From a virus: a stretch of 64,000 nucleotides of DNA. The notes below the pieces were generated by a model. The model had not been told where the DNA came from. It worked only from the letters and a program-made list of their open reading frames with translations, and searched no databases. Below, piece by piece: positions 56,484 to 64,000 of the stretch. Location of the stretch: IMG/VR virus record IMGVR_UViG_3300025671_000038; one strand, written 5' to 3'. The translations under genes and the position numbers were made by a program. Position 1 is the first letter of the stretch, and the number at the start of each line of letters is the position of its first letter.

Positions 56484-56873
56484 TTATCCCTTTTGCTTGG
56501 CCTTAAAATATTTGATCATAATGTGGGCTGATTTGTAGTTGGTAGCAAGGGGAACCTCGTGTACATCGCACAGCCTCATCAACATAGAAATATCTACGTC
56601 GTGTGGGTGCTTGTCTAGCGGATCTCTAAAGAATATCACTCCGTCAACCTCACCTCTGGTTACCATGGCTCCTATTTCTGCGTCTCCTCCCATCGGACCG
56701 GAAGCTACCCTTTCAACCTTATCCACTCCCGCGTGGGTTATCATTGTTCCGGTGGTTCCTGTTGCTACTATGCCAACCTCATCCAGCTGGAAAAAAGAGA
56801 GCCTCTTCATTACGAAAGATACCATATCCGCTTTTTTCCCGTCATGTGCTATTAATGCTAATTTTATCTTCAT
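56484..56873 (-). CDS. mgsA: methylglyoxal synthase
   Basis: ALIAHDGKK, ATGTTG, SGPMGGD.EIG, FFRDPL..HPHDVD, RLCDVH.VPLATN. Confidence 0.95.
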   Translation of the reverse strand: MKIKLALIAHDGKKADMVSFVMKRLSFFQLDEVGIVATGTTGTMITHAGVDKVERVASGPMGGDAEIGAMVTRGEVDGVIFFRDPLDKHPHDVDISMLMRLCDVHEVPLATNYKSAHIMIKYFKAKQKG

Positions 56874-56887
56874 ACCCTATTTATTCT

Positions 56888-57385
56888 TCAGTCCCACCAA
56901 CCTCGGATATTATGGGAAATAAATTTCCACACCAAATCCTCAGCTCGTTCCTGTTTTTCTTTAGCCTCTTTGAAGAGTTTGGTTTTCGTTTCCTTGATCT
57001 CCTCAGAGTTGTCCCACTTTTCGTATTCCCATTTCAACTCATAGAGTGGTTTACCGTCGTAGTCGCTCTTGTCATCCAACTCAACAAACTCCCAATTCAT
57101 TACATTTTCTCCGTAGAGTTCCTTGAGTTTGTCCTGGTATTCACATCCATATTCCTCGTCATAAACCTTCCTAAGAAGCTCGATTGCTGTACGAATGCGT
57201 TTCGCCCTTTCTTTTGCGTCCATCGTTATTGCCAGGTCGGATTCCATGTAGTCTGCAGTTCGTTTGAGTTGATGTTCAAAAAGTTCAATAGCATACCGAT
57301 AGTCAAAGTCGTATCCCTTCCAGATCATTGGAAGAAAATCGATAACCCTTCTAATTTTTCTAAAAAATCTTCTAAACGAACCCAT
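56888..57385 (-). CDS. hypothetical phage protein
   Basis: 165 aa ORF. Confidence 0.55.
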   Translation of the reverse strand: MGSFRRFFRKIRRVIDFLPMIWKGYDFDYRYAIELFEHQLKRTADYMESDLAITMDAKERAKRIRTAIELLRKVYDEEYGCEYQDKLKELYGENVMNWEFVELDDKSDYDGKPLYELKWEYEKWDNSEEIKETKTKLFKEAKEKQERAEDLVWKFISHNIRGWWD

Positions 57386-57393
57386 ACACTTTC

Positions 57394-57660
57394 CTACTCG
57401 TAGAAATTATCCTTCAGATCTTCTAGCCTATCAAGCTCGTTTTGTATCTCGTCTTCTACTGTATAAATTTGAAGAGCACCATCCTGAACTTCCCAAAAGT
57501 ATATACACCCGACCGAATCCAGTTGAGACAGGTCTATCTCGTACTTGGGCTGAGGTATTGGACCTCTTTTTTTTACCCTTCTATTGTACCTCTGCTCTGT
57601 GCTACAACCTATTATCAGTGCTATTGCGAGTATAGGTAGCATTAATCTCTCCATTACCAT
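57394..57660 (-). CDS. putative lipoprotein
   Basis: MLPILAIALIIGC lipobox. Confidence 0.55.
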   Translation of the reverse strand: MVMERLMLPILAIALIIGCSTEQRYNRRVKKRGPIPQPKYEIDLSQLDSVGCIYFWEVQDGALQIYTVEDEIQNELDRLEDLKDNFYE

Positions 57661-57787
57661 AGTTCTTCTATTATTCGTTATCTAGCTAACAATTAGATTA
57701 GCTAGAACAATTGCGATGGCGATAAGTATGGAATAAAATACCACTTGTGCCGAAAATTCGTAGCTCTTGTTTCTCATTTTTTTAGTG

Positions 57788-58021
57788 TTAATGGTTAATA
57801 TTTTCATCATCCCTTGTGTTAAGGGTTAATACGTTTTTTCTTGCTCCCTCGATCATCTTTTCGAGAGACCATATGATACTCTCAACCGATTCAGCTCGAA
57901 CACTTACAGGGTTTTTCGAATATCCTTTTATTTTACCCTCATCATCGTAGTAAACCTCATGGATAGAAAATTCCCTCTCCCCACTGGACTCGGTTTCTAT
58001 GATCCTATAATTCCATCCCAT
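57788..58021 (-). CDS. conserved phage hypothetical protein
   Basis: WNYRII...IHEVYYD..G pattern. Confidence 0.55.
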   Translation of the reverse strand: MGWNYRIIETESSGEREFSIHEVYYDDEGKIKGYSKNPVSVRAESVESIIWSLEKMIEGARKNVLTLNTRDDENINH

Positions 58022-58380
58022 TTTTCGCTGCTTTGTAATTTCCTAGAGTTCCTATAGTTGAAAAGGAGAGCGTTTATATTCTCCTTACCAACCGGGTTGG
58101 AACTCTGTATCTTCCACGCCGGAACATCCAGGTCTTGATCCATACAATATTCAACCAACCACTTTGCGCAGTCGTAACCACTTTCTCCCTCGCCTAGATC
58201 GTGATCAAAACAGATAAGGTCAGGCATTCCTCTTGTTGCGAAGTAAGTGACGAAATCATCGAAATCCTTAGCCCATGTTACGTCATCAGATCCCAAGACA
58301 TATCCAACGGCATAAATGCTAAGCCATTTACCGTCAAAAGGACTTCTACAATCATCCAACCAAAGTAACTTCCTATTCAT
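57997..58380 (-). CDS. cyclic-phosphate-processing receiver-like domain protein
   Basis: LWLDD.R.P, FDHDLG, GYDCAKWL, SSNPVG..NI. Confidence 0.78.
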   Translation of the reverse strand: MNRKLLWLDDCRSPFDGKWLSIYAVGYVLGSDDVTWAKDFDDFVTYFATRGMPDLICFDHDLGEGESGYDCAKWLVEYCMDQDLDVPAWKIQSSNPVGKENINALLFNYRNSRKLQSSEKWDGIIGS

Positions 58381-58655
58381 TCCACGATTTTTATACCGGA
58401 GGTTGTCTCCAGAACTACCCTTGCTCCGCAGCTAAGGATGGGTTTTTTATCTCCGCTCCCACAGTAAGATAGATTAGATGGACCCAAAATTTCTATAGCG
58501 TTGCAGTAATAATTTTTCTTACCAACTTTTATAGTGATAACAGGCAGATCAGTTCCATCCTTTTTGTTGGATCTGATATTATGTTGGTTTATATGAATCT
58601 TTTTTACTGCTCTCGATTCCTCGAGATATTCGCCCGAATTGAGTACCTCTATCAT
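58377..58655 (-). CDS. conserved phage hypothetical protein
   Basis: IHINQH.I..N, PVITIK, ILGPS, LSCGARV. Confidence 0.6.
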   Translation of the reverse strand: MIEVLNSGEYLEESRAVKKIHINQHNIRSNKKDGTDLPVITIKVGKKNYYCNAIEILGPSNLSYCGSGDKKPILSCGARVVLETTSGIKIVE

Positions 58656-58666
58656 CTATCTCTCAT

Positions 58667-58873
58667 TTAATCGCGTACCAAATCTAGCTGGTCCCCGATG
58701 TTCTTAATGGTTTTTCCTAGCTGTTTTGATAAATTTATCAATGCTTCTCTTTCCAAGCTTTGAAGCCACTTGTCCTGTGTGGATTCTTGGCAGTCTTCAA
58801 AGCAGGTCGGTTGTCTTTTTTCCTCGCCTTCGAATTTATCGAAGATGAAAATGCCGCTTAGGTTTCTTCTCAT
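58667..58873 (-). CDS. hypothetical protein
   Basis: 68 aa ORF. Confidence 0.5.
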   Translation of the reverse strand: MRRNLSGIFIFDKFEGEEKRQPTCFEDCQESTQDKWLQSLEREALINLSKQLGKTIKNIGDQLDLVRD

Positions 58874-58901
58874 TCCCGTGATTTGTAATTATTAATCCTA
58901 G

Positions 58902-58973
58902 TAGCCCCGCCAGGAATCGAACCTGGATCTAAAATTTAGGAAATTCTTATTCTATCCGTTGAACTACGGGGCC
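58902..58973 (-). tRNA. tRNA-Arg (anticodon CCU), CCA not encoded
   Basis: GGCCCCG/CGGGGCT acceptor stem, D-arm, AGAAT-TTCCTAA-ATTTT anticodon arm, GGTTCGATTCC T-arm. Confidence 0.95.
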
Positions 58974-58979
58974 ATTATC

Positions 58980-59246
58980 TCAATTCTTATACCGTTCGGA
59001 GGCTTGATTTAGATTTTCATTTAGTTCCGGTTTAGTTTGGCTAGCATCGATAATTTCTTGAATGTCCTCTTCGCTTAAGTCGGATAACATAGAATTCAAT
59101 ACCATATCGTGGGCATGATCTTCATCCCAATCTTCATAGAGACCTGCTTCCTGATCCATCCTCATGATCTCGGAAATGAGCCTTTCTCTTCTCCCCGGAA
59201 TAACGAAGTTCATGAATTTATTCCAGTATCTTTTATACCAAATCAT
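58980..59246 (-). CDS. hypothetical protein
   Basis: 88 aa ORF. Confidence 0.5.
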   Translation of the reverse strand: MIWYKRYWNKFMNFVIPGRRERLISEIMRMDQEAGLYEDWDEDHAHDMVLNSMLSDLSEEDIQEIIDASQTKPELNENLNQASERYKN

Positions 59247-59247
59247 C

Positions 59248-59931
59248 CTAGTAAAATTTTCTTAATAGAGCAATAACATCCTTTGCATCATCAACCGCAT
59301 CGTGGGTTACCAAACTGTCTAAACCGGCCCTGTTCTTGCAGTCAGAAAGACCTGGGATAGATTCATCATTAACCCAATCTGTGAAAAGAATTCCGGGATC
59401 AAGTACTCTAGATCTAACCCTGAATATTTGTTTCCATCCCGGTAATCTTTCCAAGAATCTTAGGTCAAAGGAGGAAAAGTTCTTTCCTGCCGCATTAAAA
59501 CAGACCTTGGGCAGGTCTGAGGTAAACATAGGATACGTCTTCCCATTAACTATCTGAACATGCCCATTGAAAGCATCCGAAGGATCCTTCCAATTAGGCT
59601 CTATTCCATTATCATACAGGAAGCGGAAAATTATCTCGACGGCATCATCCTCTTTGCAGAAAACCATCCCCTTCATCTGCACGAGATCGTTTTTCTCGTC
59701 CTGATCTTTTGCTGTCTGATAATAAACGATGGACTCTATGATATCCTTGTTCATATTGATAGCAAAGGGACTTCCAACTATCTCATCTCTCAGGATAGCA
59801 ATATGGATAGAGGGGAGTTCTTGAAAAGGCACCTTATTGCTGGTGTCCTCTACGACTACCCCAATTGTTAGAATCTGATGCTTCTCCGGATCTAGCCCGG
59901 TAGTTTCAATATCGATGCTTACGTACTTCAT
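59248..59931 (-). CDS. DEDDh 3'-5' exonuclease (DnaQ-like)
   Basis: SIDIETTG, N..SFD..FL, THDAVDDA. Confidence 0.88.
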   Translation of the reverse strand: MKYVSIDIETTGLDPEKHQILTIGVVVEDTSNKVPFQELPSIHIAILRDEIVGSPFAINMNKDIIESIVYYQTAKDQDEKNDLVQMKGMVFCKEDDAVEIIFRFLYDNGIEPNWKDPSDAFNGHVQIVNGKTYPMFTSDLPKVCFNAAGKNFSSFDLRFLERLPGWKQIFRVRSRVLDPGILFTDWVNDESIPGLSDCKNRAGLDSLVTHDAVDDAKDVIALLRKFY

Positions 59932-60262
59932 AATTTCCTATTTATTTCCTATATTCGACAATATTAGAAAAAATAGTCGATAAGAAAAAATGAAATCGCG
60001 AGTTTGGTTAGATGAAAAGAATTACGTCCCCGTATTCAGGAAATTCGGAGTCCTGGTTAGAATCTTGTTCCTCGTTAATGGCCCTTACCTCATCTCCCAG
60101 AAAAGTCTCGGCTTGGTGTGTTTTTTCTTGGCTGGTGTTGCCCGCTTTTTCTTCCGGGTCTGGGGTGAGATAGTGATTCATGGATAGATTGGGTATTTTG
60201 ACATATCTATCCTAAAAAACCACCCTTTTTGCCCCGTAAATGGATATTTTTTCAGGCTAATA

Positions 60263-60910
60263 TCACTTTATCCACTTGCTATAATCCATGGTCTGGTTTT
60301 GTATATCACTATACCCAGATCTCTGCACTGCTACAGCCGGATAGAAGCAATAGAAATTGTGAATTTTCTGTAGATCCGTGTACGCAACATCGAGTGGTGA
60401 ATCAACTCTCCCTATCCTATCTAATACTTCCTGTATGAAATCCCCTTTGAATCCAACCGCGTGGGTAGAAAAGGTGTGATGAATCTTACATAACCCATCG
60501 GATACTTTCTCGGGAGGACTAACACCCTTGTGGGAGTTATGATTTCCCCCTAGATATAGGGAGTCCCAATTCTCAGGCAGTCCCTTGAGAATTCCCCCCG
60601 CTGATCTCATTCGTGGGGTAAAAACTACATCATCTTCCAAGATTAAAACAGAGCTAACCCGGTCGCTTAAACATTCTTCGAGGATCTTTATATTGGTCAT
60701 TACCAGACCCATGGCGGATCTGGGGAACTTCCTGGTCCCTTTGTATCTTTCAGGAAGATCCTTCCCATCTATCCCTGGATACCTTCTTATACCTTCAAAT
60801 CCCCATCGTTTGGTTTCATCCTGGAATAATTCAAGCCTATCACTTCTCCTGTCCAGATTTATGCAATAGATTCTATCGAAGATCCTGCCTATCGCCTCAG
60901 TCATAACCAA
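60263..60910 (-). CDS. GT25-family glycosyltransferase
   Basis: YCINLDRRSDR, LILEDDV, W..LYLG, STHA, PLD. Confidence 0.88.
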   Translation of the reverse strand: MVMTEAIGRIFDRIYCINLDRRSDRLELFQDETKRWGFEGIRRYPGIDGKDLPERYKGTRKFPRSAMGLVMTNIKILEECLSDRVSSVLILEDDVVFTPRMRSAGGILKGLPENWDSLYLGGNHNSHKGVSPPEKVSDGLCKIHHTFSTHAVGFKGDFIQEVLDRIGRVDSPLDVAYTDLQKIHNFYCFYPAVAVQRSGYSDIQNQTMDYSKWIK

Positions 60911-61943
60911 ATTGTCCCTCTTCTATCCAATTTTCTATATTCTCGTTTATCTCGGTATAGATCAGATTATCATCCATATCGAATACCTCTATCTTAATGA
61001 GATCCTTCGGGAATCCGTGGAAAGACCATCCACCATCGTCTATCTTAAATATAGATTCAGTAACACTATCAGGTAGGTGTGCTAAAACCTTTCTCTCAAC
61101 TCTCTGCCCCGAGAAATTCATACCAAGGACAATAACCTCTTCATCCTCTCTTCCAACAAGCCTAAAGATTCTAATCGGACATCCAGAATACTTGGATTCG
61201 AAGTTCAGTGAAGAAATCATGGGGGGAGAATCAACACCATCAAAGTCGATCCGATACATGGAGGAATCCCTCTTGATTATTTCATCGTCGCTATTCTTTT
61301 CTAGGAAATAGTAAATAAACCTCTCAAAAATTAAAAACTCCAGAGAACCGAGATTGTCCACGAGTTGCTTTCTATAATCTTCTTCGTTTTGGACATCCGG
61401 TATTTTGGATAAAAAGTAGTCAATTTCACAGAAGAAGTAGGTACCCTCTATATCAGGAGAGTAACCCTGGTTATTGTTGTAATAGAAAAGCCCCTTTTTA
61501 CCCTTGCTCTCACAGAACGAGGGTATGTTTTTTATCCAGCCCAAACACTTATCACTAGGCTCCAAGTCATAAAGAACCTTTTGAAAATGGGTGTACCCCA
61601 GGGATTTAGCTAATTTTACTGAGTTGATCAGATTGATTAAAACCGCTAACCCGTGTCTTTGTCTGGAGTAATAGTGGTGATGTGATCTGTAATTGTTGCC
61701 AGTGTTTATCCAAAAGGTCCACCTCTGAGTGTAGTTGTAATCGTCCATTTGGAAAAGCTGGTTCCTCTTATCGTGATATAGATAATCAACCATTTCCTGT
61801 ATATCCTCCGGTACAACAGCACCGCTGGTAAGCATAATATCATGTCCCAAGGATCTGCACTTAGTAATACTATTTTTTACAGCATTCCTGGTTTTTTCGT
61901 TTTGCGCAAAACTGTCTATAATCGTTATGATCTTCATAGCCAT
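60897..61943 (-). CDS. hypothetical protein, probably glycosylation-related
   Basis: 348 aa between a methyltransferase and GT25; GT-A-like start, no firm DxD. Confidence 0.45.
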   Translation of the reverse strand: MAMKIITIIDSFAQNEKTRNAVKNSITKCRSLGHDIMLTSGAVVPEDIQEMVDYLYHDKRNQLFQMDDYNYTQRWTFWINTGNNYRSHHHYYSRQRHGLAVLINLINSVKLAKSLGYTHFQKVLYDLEPSDKCLGWIKNIPSFCESKGKKGLFYYNNNQGYSPDIEGTYFFCEIDYFLSKIPDVQNEEDYRKQLVDNLGSLEFLIFERFIYYFLEKNSDDEIIKRDSSMYRIDFDGVDSPPMISSLNFESKYSGCPIRIFRLVGREDEEVIVLGMNFSGQRVERKVLAHLPDSVTESIFKIDDGGWSFHGFPKDLIKIEVFDMDDNLIYTEINENIENWIEEGQFGYD

Positions 61944-62575
61944 TGGTCAAATTGTTCTGGTTCTATAAGGTTTAGAATCTCAACCCGATTCTCATCGAAT
62001 TTTTTAAAGTCATAGAATGGATTTACCCAGTGTGGTAACCGGGGGAGAAGTTCCCCATGGAATCTCATAACCCCAACTCCAAAATCAGAGGAAACTGTGG
62101 CCATGCTAATGTCATACTCGGTTCTGATTCTTTGTATTGCTTTCCATACTGTGCCGTTCCACCATCCTCCAGCTGGGGTGTCGTGGTCATGATAATCCTC
62201 TCTCGCATGATTGTGGGTAGGAGGGTTACAATCATGAAAAACCATGTATCCGCCTTCAGAAAGATGGTTCCGGGCATTAACAAAGTCCCTATACACCTGA
62301 TCCGATATGTGAAGACCATCTATAAATATTAGGTCCCATTTATGATACGGCGGGAGGTCTAGATTCCCGTTATCCAACTCCCGAAAGAAATCATCTGATG
62401 TGTACGAATAAGTGGCTTGGTTGTCACCACCTGATTCGTAACCCGGATCTACGCTCCATTTGCTTTTGCAGTTGATTTTATGAAAGCATTCATATGGATT
62501 CCTTACACCTATCTCCAGATAAGTCCCGATATTCTTCTTTTCTACTATCCTGTTTATAACGTCATATCTTTCCAT
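61934..62575 (-). CDS. class I SAM-dependent methyltransferase (Methyltransf_24-like)
   Basis: YLEIGV, SVDP, DLIFIDGLH, VFHDCNP. Confidence 0.88.
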   Translation of the reverse strand: MERYDVINRIVEKKNIGTYLEIGVRNPYECFHKINCKSKWSVDPGYESGGDNQATYSYTSDDFFRELDNGNLDLPPYHKWDLIFIDGLHISDQVYRDFVNARNHLSEGGYMVFHDCNPPTHNHAREDYHDHDTPAGGWWNGTVWKAIQRIRTEYDISMATVSSDFGVGVMRFHGELLPRLPHWVNPFYDFKKFDENRVEILNLIEPEQFDQWL

Positions 62576-62798
62576 AAAGTGGACACTAATTAATTTCTAA
62601 ATGTTCTAGAGATATATCCGCGGACTGTTTCGCCCGATGGAATATTAACCTAGTAAATATCCCGTACCTAGGGGTAGCTGGAATATATAAGATATCCTCT
62701 AGGTTAAAACGTTAACCAACCCACCGCTATTTATATGAATTTCGTCCGGATCGTTTAAATCCATATGTCTTCTAGTGTGTGGTTTTCAAAAAATACAC

Positions 62799-64000
62799 AT
62801 GGCAATGGTCAGAAATGTGCTTTTATTACTTTCGCTCGTACTGGCGGTTCCAAAAATGGTACTACCGCAGTGTGATGTTTTTATCGAGGTGGGATCGGTT
62901 GTAGTAACCGATAATGGTAGTGGGGTCAAATTTACATTCGACGTTACAAATAACTCCAGCACAGATTGGTACGGTGACGTTTTGAAAATGTATTGGAGTT
63001 TAAACTCGGGTGCTCCCATATGGAATATTGATTATTCCACCGGAACAAGCCAACCCCCGATTGCTCCTGGAGAAACTAGGACAATCAAAACACCCTGGTT
63101 CGATATTCCAAATTTACCCTCTTGGTTTCCTGCACAGGATCCATCAAGTGCTAATCCTTGGCTGGAATCTATGGAATGGCCCTACTATGGTCTTCCTTTC
63201 CCCTTCGAAGGATCATGGTCTCCGGTCAATCTAAGACTCGGTAGCTGCGGATTGGCTGATGGAGCATGGGTATATGACTCGGAGGGGGAACTTTATTATG
63301 GTCCAACCAATACGGATTGTCCTGACGTAAATAGTGATGCTCTTTGTGACTGTGATTTGGAATTTGCGGGGTTTGATCCCATAACCTTGGACATTGCAGT
63401 TGAGGTTGTAAGTCACTGGAACTGTGGCCAACCTCTGAATGGGCTGGGCAATATTAACTCGTCGAATAATGATGCAGTGGGACACGTTCACTTCGGTATA
63501 CACGTTCCCGGCATGGATTACCAGTGGGGATGTACTACCGGTTCATTTCACCCAGGTTGGACTTTTGCTGGATGGTCAGCTTTAAATAATCCAAACCAAT
63601 TCCTGTATTCCGGGGATATGCTAAGCGTAAATCTTCTCAATATAGGAGGTAACGGGGCTTGCTTCCAGGAGATACTACAGAACGATACCCTCGAAGCTTG
63701 TCCCGAGATTGTCATATGGCAAATCAACTACTCACAAACATTAATGGTTGATGATGGAGGATGGGCGGTTAATGAAAACTCTGGTGACAGCACACAAGAA
63801 TACCCGGATTTCCAAATCATGGATAATTCGATCATGATATGTGAAATACCAAGCGTAGAGGGATGTACAGATCCAGAAGCTTTGAACTACAACCCACAGG
63901 CAGATGTGGATGATGGCTCTTGCGAGTATGGTTATCCAAACGCTTATCCGGGATCCAGTAACCCCAATACGATTTGCAATGATGGAGTTACATCGAATGT
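62799..64000 (+). CDS. large secreted protein with GCTDPxAxNY repeat (partial, runs off the window; not in ORF track)
   Basis: Frame open from ATG62799 to the window end (~400 codons); signal peptide; GCTDPEALNYNPQADVDDGSCEY. Confidence 0.8.
   Translation, partial: MAMVRNVLLLLSLVLAVPKMVLPQCDVFIEVGSVVVTDNGSGVKFTFDVTNNSSTDWYGDVLKMYWSLNSGAPIWNIDYSTGTSQPPIAPGETRTIKTPWFDIPNLPSWFPAQDPSSANPWLESMEWPYYGLPFPFEGSWSPVNLRLGSCGLADGAWVYDSEGELYYGPTNTDCPDVNSDALCDCDLEFAGFDPITLDIAVEVVSHWNCGQPLNGLGNINSSNNDAVGHVHFGIHVPGMDYQWGCTTGSFHPGWTFAGWSALNNPNQFLYSGDMLSVNLLNIGGNGACFQEILQNDTLEACPEIVIWQINYSQTLMVDDGGWAVNENSGDSTQEYPDFQIMDNSIMICEIPSVEGCTDPEALNYNPQADVDDGSCEYGYPNAYPGSSNPNTICNDGVTSN

Noticed and set aside
59990-60438. 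Plus-strand ORFs 59990-60187 and 60229-60438
   Set aside because: Antisense to minus-strand coding with no promoter motif; probable shadows, like most short antisense ORFs in the track.
62640-62720. Structured RNA in the divergent intergenic region
   Set aside because: Only short AT-rich inverted repeats (TTAACCTAG/CTAGGTTAA), explicable as promoter/operator DNA; too weak to call.
1-64000. Stop-codon reassignment
   Set aside because: Recognisable enzymes are full length in the standard code and end at TAA, TAG or TGA; no suppressor tRNA.
1-64000. Bacterial chromosome LPS island or eukaryotic giant virus
   Set aside because: Glyco-genes are interleaved with fibre, lysis and many small phage-type ORFs; peptidoglycan hydrolases and coupled operons indicate a bacteriophage.

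Overview
This window is part of a large (probably jumbo, T4-like myovirus-style) dsDNA bacteriophage genome in the standard genetic code. Evidence: dense overlapping ORFs (ATGA/TAATG junctions), an amidase endolysin with a holin candidate, fibre/lectin proteins, ThyA, RNase HII, a DEDDh exonuclease and tRNA-Arg(CCU). The host is probably Bacteroidota/Flavobacteriales (inference from A-rich start contexts without Shine-Dalgarno, a CarboxypepD_reg-like protein, a GCTDPxAxNY repeat and a GSII-type glutamine synthetase). Contents: (1) a tandem array of five paralogues with a conserved N-terminus and a swapped LamG-like head, plus a second fibre locus (LamG, Mtd_N-collagen, LamG-fibrinogen); (2) a large glycan-building set of about 8-10 glycosyltransferases, 3 nucleotide-sugar epimerases, a UDP-sugar dehydrogenase, a cupin, 3 methyltransferase domains and a PIG-L deacetylase; (3) a second thymidylate-synthase homologue with the dCMP-type Asp, coupled to glycosyltransferases, suggesting cytosine hypermodification; (4) a GATATATA late-promoter-like motif marking genes whose products often carry a T4-style capsid-targeting-like leader, including MnSOD; (5) auxiliary genes mgsA, glnII, sodA, a GH16 glucanase and a DfrB/R67-like protein near thyA; (6) a candidate structured RNA leader. 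No CRISPR array, reverse transcriptase, integrase or transposase was seen. All family calls come from motif recognition by eye, not database searches.
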